Origin: Fistulifera solaris
Taxonomy: Eukaryota
Length of the DNA: 64,000 nt
Reading direction: 5' to 3'
Assembly (NCBI GenBank): GCA_030295235.1
Contig: AP026144.1
Span: forward strand, 620,001 to 684,000
Below are positions 12,255 to 22,696 of this stretch, piece after piece. The notes under the pieces are model-generated. The model was given only the letters and a program-made list of their open reading frames with translations, ran no database searches and had not been told where the DNA came from. The stretch's first letter is position 1; every line of letters begins with the position of its first letter. The position numbers and the translations under genes were made by a program.

Positions 12255-12701
12255 TTACGCTTGCGCTTCTGGAGCAGATTGAAATTCGAGTTTACCTTCG
12301 CTCCCTTTGATAGAAAGAACACCCCTGTTTTCTATGTGCACGCAACTAGGCAATATACGGGACACGGCCGATTCGACTTCGGCCAACTCGGGCCCCGGAT
12401 ACATTCGCGTACTCATGACCATTCCAAACGACACGGAATCACCCTCATTCACGGTAAAAGTCGATCTCAGCGTATTTCCAATCTTCAGAAAGAAAAGGAA
12501 TTGCCCGGAGTTGCCATTACTTTGTATTTCCAGCTGGAAATCACGATCCGCTGGGAGGATGATCGGTCTTTCATGGGAATCCCAAATATTCGTGAGCATG
12601 TATTTGCCTGTAAAGTCCGACATGCCAGAAATACCAACGGGAAGAAGGAAATAGTAGAGAAAGCAGATTGTTGTAAAGTAATTCATTCTGGTTGAAGCCA
12701 A
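12255..12701 (-). CDS. secreted META/HslJ-like domain protein
   Basis: Hydrophobic N-terminal signal, then GKYMLTNI, IGNTLRSTF and SFGMVMSTRMYP...VESAVSRIL, resembling the META STxM motif. Confidence 0.6.
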   Translation of the reverse strand: MASTRMNYFTTICFLYYFLLPVGISGMSDFTGKYMLTNIWDSHERPIILPADRDFQLEIQSNGNSGQFLFFLKIGNTLRSTFTVNEGDSVSFGMVMSTRMYPGPELAEVESAVSRILPSCVHIENRGVLSIKGSEGKLEFQSAPEAQA

Positions 12702-13217
12702 TTATGTTATAATGTGTTTTGTCGAACGCAGCAGCAACAACGAAAAGGGTTGGGCGCAGTCTTGGCTGCAGGTCGTGTCTCTAACGTGGGTTACCTTTTA
12801 AACCCCTATCCCTTGTGGGGTGTCAATCCGAAAACTATGGAGCTTATGCAGCAGACGCGCCCTGGCAAGCTAATAAACATCGCCGATCACTCATTATTTA
12901 TTTTAATAGACCTTCTGTCAGGAAATATAGGAGTCGGTTTACTTCGTGTCTTGATATGTCACATCATTAACTTATCTTGCTGTGCAACAAGATTCTCACC
13001 ACCGTGAAGCTCTATTATAATTCTATAGGTTTTCGAGAATTTTTAACCTCGTAGAAAACTGCAGGATTTATGCGTCGAGTACGTTTAGCTCAAGCGCAAG
13101 ATCTAATGTATCAAATCTTGTGGTGCGAATGTTGAACATCAAAATAGGCATGTTTCAAGCCAGACGCTCTTCTTTTGTATTAGCCCTCGCCAGCTTCATT
13201 ATTTGGAAATCTACTAG

Positions 13218-13909
13218 CTAATTCGCACGACGTTTGCTCCAACAATAGCCATGAAATCTCCACATGACACCGGCGTGAATCAACGATTGCGTCGAAAAAT
13301 ACATGGCCGAGCGAACTCCAGAGACTGGCGGCTGACCAATTAATGCAGGTCGATAACCAGAGATTCGTGTTACAATCTCAGATCTCCGGCTTTCTTTCCG
13401 TGAACTGTATGGAGCGTAAAGAGTAGAGCTGCTCGAGGTGCTGGAATCGAAAGCAATCCTCCGGTGATGGGCAGTTTCATCGAGTACGTGTTTCGTACAG
13501 CTCCTTCGTGCAGGGCAATCGATACGAGACGTGTCTTTGCAGGACCAAAAATGAGTAAGTTTCGACCAAAAATTCGATCCTGAATGTAAACTCCGCTGTC
13601 CGTTCGAATGGAACGCAGAAGACCAAAAGACACTGGAAAGCGGCTTAGCCACGTGGGATACGAATGGAATATTTGCTTCACCGGAAATTCCTTTTCATCT
13701 CGCAGACGTCTAGATGAAACCTCCATAGATGAAGCAATGCCTGCTTTTCGATCAACGCTGGCTTCCCATTTAAATCCATATTTTCTTCGAAACATCTGAA
13801 CTGGTCCTAAAGAAACAGTCTTTGCGTAGCTACAATCGTAGCAAAAAATCCACCACAGCCAGCAAATCAATATCCTAAGTTTCATCTTGCTGTAAATGGT
13901 TGACTTCAA
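13218..13909 (-). CDS. hypothetical signal-peptide-bearing protein (frameshifted)
   Basis: ORF 13370..13909 begins with a hydrophobic signal. The end of ORF 13218..13652 (IVTRISGYRPALIG..MYFSTQSLIHAGVMWRFH) looks like its continuation. Confidence 0.55.
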
Positions 13910-14723
13910 AGGTAACCTCGGTTCTCTTTTGTTTTATTGCTTCACCCTCTCATCGAGAAAAACATCACGAGACTCGATCATCGTGAAGCACTTTTGACAT
14001 CCTTCATTATTCACGAGTTCTGTGTTCTGTCATGATGGTGAGGAATGAGGGGGGAGTGGAGGAGGAGGGTCGTCTTTGTCGTCGTAGGTCGTAGGTCATA
14101 ATGTGTGCCCAGGTTGACTCCGACCGGTCATGATCATGTGAGTATAAGTTAAGAAGTACCTCAACGGCGCACCCTTTTGACCTAGGAAGTTTTCTGCGGT
14201 GTGACAGGCGCGTGACACGTGACCAAAGGAAATGGAAAATTTTGTAGAGTGTACGAATAAAAAATCGTCCGGTACCCAGACATAGCATCCAGCTCTGATT
14301 ACATAGATTGACACACGAATTCGTTTAACCAAGTCATGGTCGTTGTACGGTACACTTACGTATCTGGTCATAATTTCTTAGACATTATATGAGCCAGGAA
14401 AAATCTGGCGCGCCCGTCCTCTCCTTTGTACTGCCGCTATAGGTTTGCCATTTTCTCATGCAGATCCAATGCGTCTACTAAAACCTGCCAAAGCCAAAGC
14501 TCCTTTGTTTTCACAGAAACAGATCTTCCCGTTGTAACGGTCACATCCATTGCGGTCGAGTCAGGAGTCCTGGTTGCACGATCAGCAATTGACCTTGCGC
14601 TTGCGGTCCCTCTTTCTTCACTGACTTGCGGTATAAGTTAGACTCCAGTGAATATTCATACTTATTCGCTGATTGCTGGAACTATCCCTTTTTGACCATC
14701 GTTCAAGTAAGATCTCGGCCGCC

Positions 14724-15620
14724 ATGTCATCTTCGCCTTCGCGCAAGCGTCCTCCTTCGCCTCTGCCGCCGGAAACAACGCGATCTGAATCGGCGCCCAC
14801 CTTGACCTCTCCTCAATCGGTAAAATCCTCGAAAACGGTTCGTAGTGGTGATAAGGGATACAAAGGATTGCGTCATTTCAGTTTAATGGTGTGCAAGAAA
14901 GTTCAAGAGAAAGGCAAAACAACTTACAACCAGGTTGCCGACGAGCTCGTGGTTGCTATAAAGGAAGAACACGCGGATCAACGTTACGATGAGAAGAATA
15001 TACGACGCCGAGTGTACGATGCTCTGAATGTCTTGATGGCGATGGACATTATCGTCAAAGACAGGAAAGATATTACGTGGAAGGGACTTCCCACCAGCAC
15101 TTCGCAGGATTCGGATAGCATGCGTCAAGAATTGGCTTACCGCAAACAGCAGATTCAAAAGAAACGCGATGCTCTGGCGGAGCTGCTCGTCCAGCAAGTT
15201 TGTTTTCGAAATCTGGCCCAACACAATCAAAAGCGTGTAGACAGTAGCAAGCCAGACAACAAAATTCCCTTGCCATTCATAGTTGTCAACACGAATTCGT
15301 CGGCAGTCATCCAATGCAACATGAGCAAGGACCTGACAGACGTCATGTTCGACTTCAATATGCCTTTCGAAATCAATGATGATAATACAATTCTGAAACG
15401 ACTCGGAATGTAAGTACAAATCGGCACAACATTTTAAGCGAGTGCTGGACTCATTCTTTGCTAATTTCCTTACAGGCATAGATCGACCATGAAGGAATTG
15501 AAAGAGTGGTTGCCGCAGGAATGTCTGACTTACTGTAATGATCACAATATGTTGAATGAGGTTCTTGCGGAGGAGAAAATGAGACCCTTAAAGAAACAAC
15601 GGTCTTCCATCTACGATTGA
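14724..15620 (+). CDS. DP: E2F dimerization partner (DP) transcription factor
   Basis: KGLRHFSLMVCKKVQEKGKTTYNQVADELV, DEKNIRRRVYDALNVLMAMDII, IPLPFIVVNT, FEINDD. GT-AG intron at 15410..15475 leads to a final exon ending TGA at 15620. Confidence 0.95.
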
Positions 15621-16172
15621 CGTGCTTTCGTAGCCTTTGCAGTTTGTGATTTATTTCACATTTTGTTAGAGCTAGACCCACTTTGGGCCTTTGTTCTCAA
15701 TACAAATGCTTCACAAAGATAGTTTGTGCTTTGTAAGCAATCCGTTTCCCTTACCTCTTAAAAATCAAGTCCAATTCAAAGCAGTCTAGTCAAATCAATC
15801 AATCGTTAGACTTGCATCTATGGAGTATCCCGTTACTTGACGACTAGAGAGTTTTTAGGACCTTATCTGAATTGTCGGGCAGAGGTAGCTCGGTAATAAT
15901 GTCTGTCATAATGTTACTGATTTGAACGCTGACTCTGAGTGAGCTATTGAGTACTGCTTCATCAACGACACTGATGAAGAACGAACAACGAACCAGAACA
16001 AACGGCAAGGTGCAAGTGCAAGGTGTCAAAGTCAAAAAGGATACGAAGAAATTGGTAAACAATAATAAGCGACAAGCGATATGACAAAGAAAATTCAATA
16101 TTCAATTGTTACCTTTAGCTAATACCGCTCCTTTTGAATGAACAGCAGTACGTTAAAACGAGAGAAACGAAT

Positions 16173-18047
16173 ATGACGTCGAGTGGCGATCTTTCTGGAA
16201 CGGAAGTGACTACTCCAGTAGGTGTCACGATCGCTTTTCGAAATCATCGACAGGCAAACTTGGAGGAATCTCCGGCCAAACCTCGCTCTAGTCACAAAAA
16301 GACATCCAAAAGACGATCATCACTGCAACAGCTAGGGAGAGAGAGAAGAAAGTCCGTGACCTTGAAGAGGAAGATCGGTACAATCACCAAACCAGTCTCT
16401 TCCTGGACGGTCTTCCTTGAAGGCGCCTCGTTGTACGTGGCTTCTTTATTCCTCCCTGCCTTACTAGGGGCGTTATACCAAGCCTATCGTGGTCAATGGA
16501 GCTTCCGAAACACGCAGATTTACGAATACCTTTTGGAGCTATTGTGTCCTTTGGATGCTGACAATGAGTCTACCTCAAAATATTTGTGGTCGCATTGGAT
16601 TTGCAAACTAGAATTACCGAGAGAAGCAAGTGCTCAAAGCATCTTGGAGGCCGACATCCGTCTACTCTCTTCGAGATCTAGTATGTACGATGATATCTGG
16701 AAAGTAACATTTTACGCGGCTGGCCTCGCGCTCGTCCGCATGCTGATTGTGCACTTGTTGGTAATGCCGCTTCAAAGCACCCACCAGCTACTCGCCATGG
16801 TGCGCTGTAAGTCCATACATTTGTTGTCTTCGGACTACTCGCAAACTCCAGTTGCGACTCCCGTCAAACAAAAGCAGAATCTCGTGGTAGATAATGCGGC
16901 CCTGGCGAGCATACAAGTTCCTCCACTTGAGCTACCAAACAACATGGCTTCGGGGAACGCTTACTATTTCGATCATGATGAAAGTGCTTTAGGGCTTCAA
17001 TTCGACGAATCAGAGAGAGGAATTGGGGGAACACTCTTTGGTAGCTCTCCATATCGACAGGAAGACGAAAGAATACTTGAAGCCACACCTGGATTGACGA
17101 ATCAGACTGACGAAGAAGGCTATAACAGTCCAGACGAGCCAGATAATCAACTTCAACCGAATAATCGCCTTTACTCCGGACCGCGCTATGCAACGGCAGT
17201 ATTTCGCTTGCTTTATTGTACCGTTACGAGTGTACTGGCTCTTGTTTACTTTCGTGACGCTGATTTCTGGCCATGGTATGTAGGAGGTTCAGGAAGCACG
17301 GCACGTTGCTGGGACTTGTCTGGAGGGCTGATCGTAAGCGGTATGGATGCCGATTTCGATCAGCGCAATACGCTACTGAAGCAATACTTTTTATGGCAGG
17401 CCTCTTATCACTGGCACTCTGGTGCGTTCCATGTTTTAAGTCTGCTTGCCTTACTGATTTCTCCAGCAAATAAAAACGCTTTCAGGGAACGCCACCAGTT
17501 CTTCGACGACCTGCGAAGCAACACAAAGGCCTATGCCAGATCTTTGGCCATTCACATCCTCACATTAATCATCATCGCGCTTGCTTACGTATTTAGCAGC
17601 TTGAGAAGACTCGCCGCTATCGGTATGTTTGCATTTGATGTGAGCAGCTGGTTTTTACATTTATTGCAAGTGTGCATCAACGCACCCCCAAATTCTTTAC
17701 TTCAACGCTACCTGCCGTCTACAAGGTTTATTCATGCGTACGTGGTCGTCCCAGTATTCTTTGCGGCACGGCTGGGAATTTGGCCGGCTCTAGCTTATTC
17801 AGTCCTGGGGCCTGAATCAAAACACTGGTTACAACAATTGGAGAAGACACTGTGGCCGGGCTCGGCCTTCCTCCCTCAAGACTCTGCTGAGCATCTGGCA
17901 CGGGCTTGTTTTCTTGATGTCAGTTATATACGCAAGGCGCTTGATTCATCTCTCCCATGTGAAACGGGGTGTGGCCACGTCAGCAGGATTTTGACAAGCT
18001 TAGGTGAAACAATCAAGCTCAACGTTTCAATTTCTCAATGTGCATAA
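16173..18047 (+). CDS. TLC (TRAM/LAG1/CLN8) domain membrane protein, ceramide-synthase-like
   Basis: AVFRLLYC, LKQYFLWQASYHWH, AIHILTLIIIALAY, RLAAIGMFAFDVS, FFAARLGIWP multi-TM pattern. Probable frameshift near 17870. Confidence 0.7.
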   Translation: MTSSGDLSGTEVTTPVGVTIAFRNHRQANLEESPAKPRSSHKKTSKRRSSLQQLGRERRKSVTLKRKIGTITKPVSSWTVFLEGASLYVASLFLPALLGALYQAYRGQWSFRNTQIYEYLLELLCPLDADNESTSKYLWSHWICKLELPREASAQSILEADIRLLSSRSSMYDDIWKVTFYAAGLALVRMLIVHLLVMPLQSTHQLLAMVRCKSIHLLSSDYSQTPVATPVKQKQNLVVDNAALASIQVPPLELPNNMASGNAYYFDHDESALGLQFDESERGIGGTLFGSSPYRQEDERILEATPGLTNQTDEEGYNSPDEPDNQLQPNNRLYSGPRYATAVFRLLYCTVTSVLALVYFRDADFWPWYVGGSGSTARCWDLSGGLIVSGMDADFDQRNTLLKQYFLWQASYHWHSGAFHVLSLLALLISPANKNAFRERHQFFDDLRSNTKAYARSLAIHILTLIIIALAYVFSSLRRLAAIGMFAFDVSSWFLHLLQVCINAPPNSLLQRYLPSTRFIHAYVVVPVFFAARLGIWPALAYSVLGPESKHWLQQLEKTLWPGSAFLPQDSAEHLARACFLDVSYIRKALDSSLPCETGCGHVSRILTSLGETIKLNVSISQCA

Positions 18048-18137
18048 TAGTGCTGGTACTCTTTTGAGTTTACTGGTGGTGCTTTATCTAAATTATTTAC
18101 TAGCTAAAATCCTATAACTAACGAAAGCCGCGTTGTT

Positions 18138-19130
18138 CTATCTGATCCGGATGCCTTTACTCATAAAAATTTTCTTCTGCTCAGAGAGCACTCTCTGCAA
18201 AGTCCGTACTCTGGCTTCTTGACGTTGTACCTTTTGAAAAGTATCTTCCCATGATCGAGTGCCTTGTTCGATGAGCTGAAGCTGCTCTTTGGCCTCGATG
18301 AGACGTTCACGAAAGTATTGGACTCGTTCGGAAAAGATGGATATGTATTCGTCCAGAGACCCAAAGAATAGTCTACTCGTCTGTGAGTTGGCAGATGTTT
18401 GAATTGCCATCCGAATCGTTTCAATGCGGTCCTTTAGTTCTGGAGTAAGATCTTCCCAGGCCTCAAGAAAATGTTCATCTCCGAGTGTTTCCATCATGTG
18501 ACCAAGCGCTCGCTCCGACAACTGATGCAAATGAAGCTGATCGGCCAGCTGATACATGGAAAGACAATTGGCGGAACTCACGGACTCTAAAAGAACCTCG
18601 ACAATACTTTGGAGTACACTTTCGCTTTGAAGATAATGAGCAATCTGACAGCAGTCAACAATGTTATGCTCCGAGACTGTGTCTATCTTCTTCGTCTGAT
18701 CCACCAACGCAAGAAAGTCTTCAACCGAGTCTTTTGGAAATTGCTCCAAAGAAAGATACATATCGTCTTTATCTTTCGTCGTGGCGAATAAATTCCATGA
18801 CGAAGCTAGCGCAAAGACGGTGTCACACGATGACGCTAATGTCGTCAAGGCAACTCCTTCCAAGACACCGTCTTGCGTACGAATTTGGATAGTCAACCCC
18901 GCCCATTGTTGGATCATCGCTGCTTTTTCTTCGCGCTGTTTCTGTTCCATCACATCCTTTTCGTGAAAGATGCGTTGATGAATCGATTGCGCGTATGCTT
19001 CTTCGGCTCGCAGTCGTGCCGCTTCTTCCTCCAAATGTACGGACGTTGGGGGCGCACCCAGTCCCCGCGTCCGCAACCATCCATCAATATCATCAATTCG
19101 TCGTTCCTCGGGAATGAGGTTCATCGGCAC
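18138..19130 (-). CDS. BTB/POZ-BACK-like domain protein
   Basis: LASSCDTVFAL...SVEDFL...CCQIAHYLQ...SSANCLSMYQLADQLHLHQL pattern, followed by a coiled coil. Confidence 0.7.
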   Translation of the reverse strand: MPMNLIPEERRIDDIDGWLRTRGLGAPPTSVHLEEEAARLRAEEAYAQSIHQRIFHEKDVMEQKQREEKAAMIQQWAGLTIQIRTQDGVLEGVALTTLASSCDTVFALASSWNLFATTKDKDDMYLSLEQFPKDSVEDFLALVDQTKKIDTVSEHNIVDCCQIAHYLQSESVLQSIVEVLLESVSSANCLSMYQLADQLHLHQLSERALGHMMETLGDEHFLEAWEDLTPELKDRIETIRMAIQTSANSQTSRLFFGSLDEYISIFSERVQYFRERLIEAKEQLQLIEQGTRSWEDTFQKVQRQEARVRTLQRVLSEQKKIFMSKGIRIR

Positions 19131-19677
19131 AACAATGTCTCAATTCACTCTGGTGGATCTTTCGATCGTTGTGATGAATGACGAGACAAATTCCTCCTGT
19201 CGTCGCATCGCGGTCGTGAATTTCCGTCGGATTGATTCAATTTGGCGTATGTGAAAACCAGTGTGTCGCAGATTTCCATACTACAAAAAAACGTTCTTTA
19301 GAATAAGCTCGCGCCAAGAGTGCACTGCAAATAATGATAAAGTGCGAAGAAGTTTGAGCGGCTATGTTGAAAACGAGCTTTTAGTACCGGTGTCATCTTT
19401 TTGGGGTACATAATCTTATTGGAAATTGGAAACAAGACCTTACCTTGGGGCGTTGAGGTTGAGCGTCTTGCGCGGAAGCGGAAGCGGGGGGTCTTTTTCT
19501 GTGAAGACGGCCTTTTCAAACTTCATCCGCAATAGACGGGTGCGTGCGAACAACGCTTTTTCGTTATTGTCATGCTCCCTCGGTTGGAACCGTAATGCGA
19601 GCTTCAGATAGAAACATCAATGTTGGATGGGAATATCATTGATGTTATCGCTAAATATTTAATGAAAAGCTTTCACC

Positions 19678-22607
19678 ATGGCAACTGCACATAAGAGGAC
19701 GCTGTTTCATCAGCTGGTGGGTTTGAACAAACAGGATGACACGTTTCACAGCATGATGGAGAGTTGTGCTAGCTTTGAAACACTTGGCGTACCTTCTGTG
19801 GAAAACAACAATGAAAGGGGAGCTCGGAGGACTATCTCTTCTAGGGTAACGCAGCTCAAAAAGAAACTAGCGGCAAAAAGCGTGACACGGATTCCCCTCA
19901 TGAATTTCTGGACGGTGAAATGACATCCAGCTCGGCAAGGCCGAAACATTCGTCGGCAAGAAGTGGAAGTAAAAGTCCCGCACCGAGGAGAGGAACAGGT
20001 GATACGGAAAGTCAAAGTGAGTTGGGCTCCGTTGGCGGTGAAAGAAAAGATGTTGACGATATGGCGAATGAAACAGGTAGCGCGCTTCACGGTGATGTGG
20101 ATGACTCGACCAAGCGGAAACGAAGGACCTTTTTCGGTGCTTTCTTGTTGCCGGGTCACAACAGTAATAAAACGCTTGATCCACAAAATTCAACAAAAAC
20201 GCTGGAGAACGACCCAGCGCCCAAACAGCACCCTCTGAATGAAAGCATATCTTCGAAACAAGAGACTCATCCTTTGAACCAAAGCTTATCCTCGAAACAT
20301 CAGAATGAATGTCACTCTTTGAATCATCATGCCCTATCTGCCAAACACCACGAAAGCTCTAAGAAGGTGCGCAGCAAGAGACCGGAAAGTGAGCCGAGTC
20401 CTTCCGGCGAAAAGAGACGCAGCCGAAAATCGACCGAGAAGAAAAAGATGGAAAGCGACTCGGAACAGTCGCACGGAAATTTGCGCATGAGCCACGGCAA
20501 ATCACTCAATCAGAGTAAGGAGGATGAAAGCGACTTACCCAGTCCTTTGCAAGAAAGTCAGCGATCCCGTCTGGAGGCAAGTCACACTTCTTTGAAAAAT
20601 GCGGACAGTGCTGTAACGGAAACGTCCACAAGTCCAAGGCGATCGCCTCGCAGTAGGAAACAAATTGAAACAGAAGATGACGTGGAAAAGCGTAAGACGA
20701 GGCGGTCTTTGTCGCCGCGAAGACGGCTCAAGCAGCCTACTAGCGAAGAGGAAGGTGACAATCCAAAAGAAGCTGGTTTATCGCCGTCAAAGTCACCAAA
20801 GAAAAGAGGATCTTCTCCAAGACGAAGGAAGCTATCTCACGAGCTTTCATTTTCGAAAGAAAAGACTGACATTGAGCTTTCGTTGAAAACTTCTGTGATG
20901 GATGAATTGGATATTGGGAATGCCAATGCGATGAACGTAGAATCACAGGTATTGGTTGCACGAGCTGCGATTGAGGGGAATAGTAGCGAGCAGGATGAAA
21001 TAGCTACTCCGGATAGAAAGGTTGACGTCAAGGCGGTCAACGAGACATTGAAGTGGAAGGGCTCCAACGACAATGGTGTGAACGAACCTAGTCACAAGGG
21101 CGATGTTGCTGCTCGTGAAAGGAAAAGTAGACAAGACAACGAAAAGTCCCGCACCAGACGCAGCAGATCCGTTACAGCTATCATTCGAACAAGGCATGTC
21201 TCGAAATCTAGAGATCTCTCACTAAGCCCTGACAAGCAGCGCCATAAGAGCACACGAGAATCTAGGGGGGACGAGCGTCGCTCCCAGGTATCGAATCGCG
21301 TGAAAGATTTGTGCTTGAAACTTGAAAAATCTTCTGAGAAACGCCCCGTGGTTCGTCGGCGAGTTTGAGTCCAAGAAAAGAATCCAGTCTAAAAAATATG
21401 CTGGAGGCAGCCACCCCTCTTGGAGATCGAAAGTGTCTGACAGTTGTTTCACCGCAGGATTACGAGAAAAAGAAAAAAGTAACAAATGGAGATGACGCGA
21501 TTGCCGACCAGTCACTTATGTATGTCACGGACACCACGAAAAGGATTTTGAAACGAGTTTCGCCGAAAAAGTCACCGGATATTTTAGCAACGTCGCCACG
21601 AATATCTACTCCTCCACAAAAGATGGCGAGGCCGCTGGAATCCTCAAAATCGACAAGAAAATCTTCAAGTTCTTCCAGAATGCATGCGCCAGAAGCTGAA
21701 GAAAATCACAGATTGAAGGAAGCTGAACGAGGCTCGGAAGACGACGCTCGGGGTAGAGCACGACATAGAGTCGAGCAGCTGAGGAAGGATAATAACGAAG
21801 CGCAGCAACGAAGGCCCCGATCCAGTAGTAGACAGAAAAAAGAGAGAGGAGCGGAAGCATCGTTAGAACAACGCACAGATATGCGAACCCACCCGAAATC
21901 GCTGAGTAAGTCATCCGATGATGCCTTACGCCAATCACAGTCGAAGTCTCCACGAACAATTTTGAAGAAGATTACTCGGCTGTCCAGTCCGATTAAAGGC
22001 AACAAAGCGTCCCCCGTCGCATTAAATGATTCGCAACGAGATTCAAACCCCCGTAAATCGCCGATACAGCGGACTAAAGATATTCAGTCATCTCAAATTA
22101 AGATGTCGACGCATTCAATGCCTGAGAAAAGCGACGTACAACGGATTCGTCGTCCTGTTTCTAAGTCACCGGCACGACATACTGCTGAAATTCAAGGTCA
22201 ACGTCAAAGTGTGCAGAAAGGATTTGGCGACATTGAAAAAAAATTCTAAGAGAAATGAACAGCTCATTCGCAGGGTTATGTCTGCTCGCAACATAGACGG
22301 CCACCAATCGCACCATTTTGAAGTTGAAGAACTGACGAAGTCAGGAAGTGTGGTGAAGCGAAAATTAAAAGTCGTTCCAGCAAGTGATGTCGAGACTCTT
22401 GGCTCAATGCTACTTCAAAAAGACACGGGCCGTGGTACTCCTAAACTTAAGAAGGGCCATGCATCTCCGGTAGCTGCGCAGTTGCATATTCCTGATTTGG
22501 ACGAGTCGCAAAAAAGCAATTTAAAAGTCAAGTATACTGAATACAACGAGATATCGATGCTGGACAACTATGTGGATGATGTTGAGGAGAGTGACAGTGT
22601 TCAATAA
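19678..22607 (+). CDS. large low-complexity Ser/Arg/Lys-rich hypothetical protein (frameshifted)
   Basis: Abutting or overlapping ORFs 19678, 19920, 21365 and 22026 with the same S/R/K/E-rich composition. Confidence 0.6.
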
Positions 22608-22696
22608 GCAGTAATTTTGCTGTACAAATTTTTCGTTCGAGAGATTCTGTCTTTTCGATTACCTTTATGGTTTTTAGCTTTTTTTAAAGATGAATT

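Noticed and set aside
15750..15785. Minus-strand peptide CFELDLIFK resembling adaptor-complex sigma subunit CELDLIF
   Set aside because: Too short, with no flanking similarity and no coherent reading frame.
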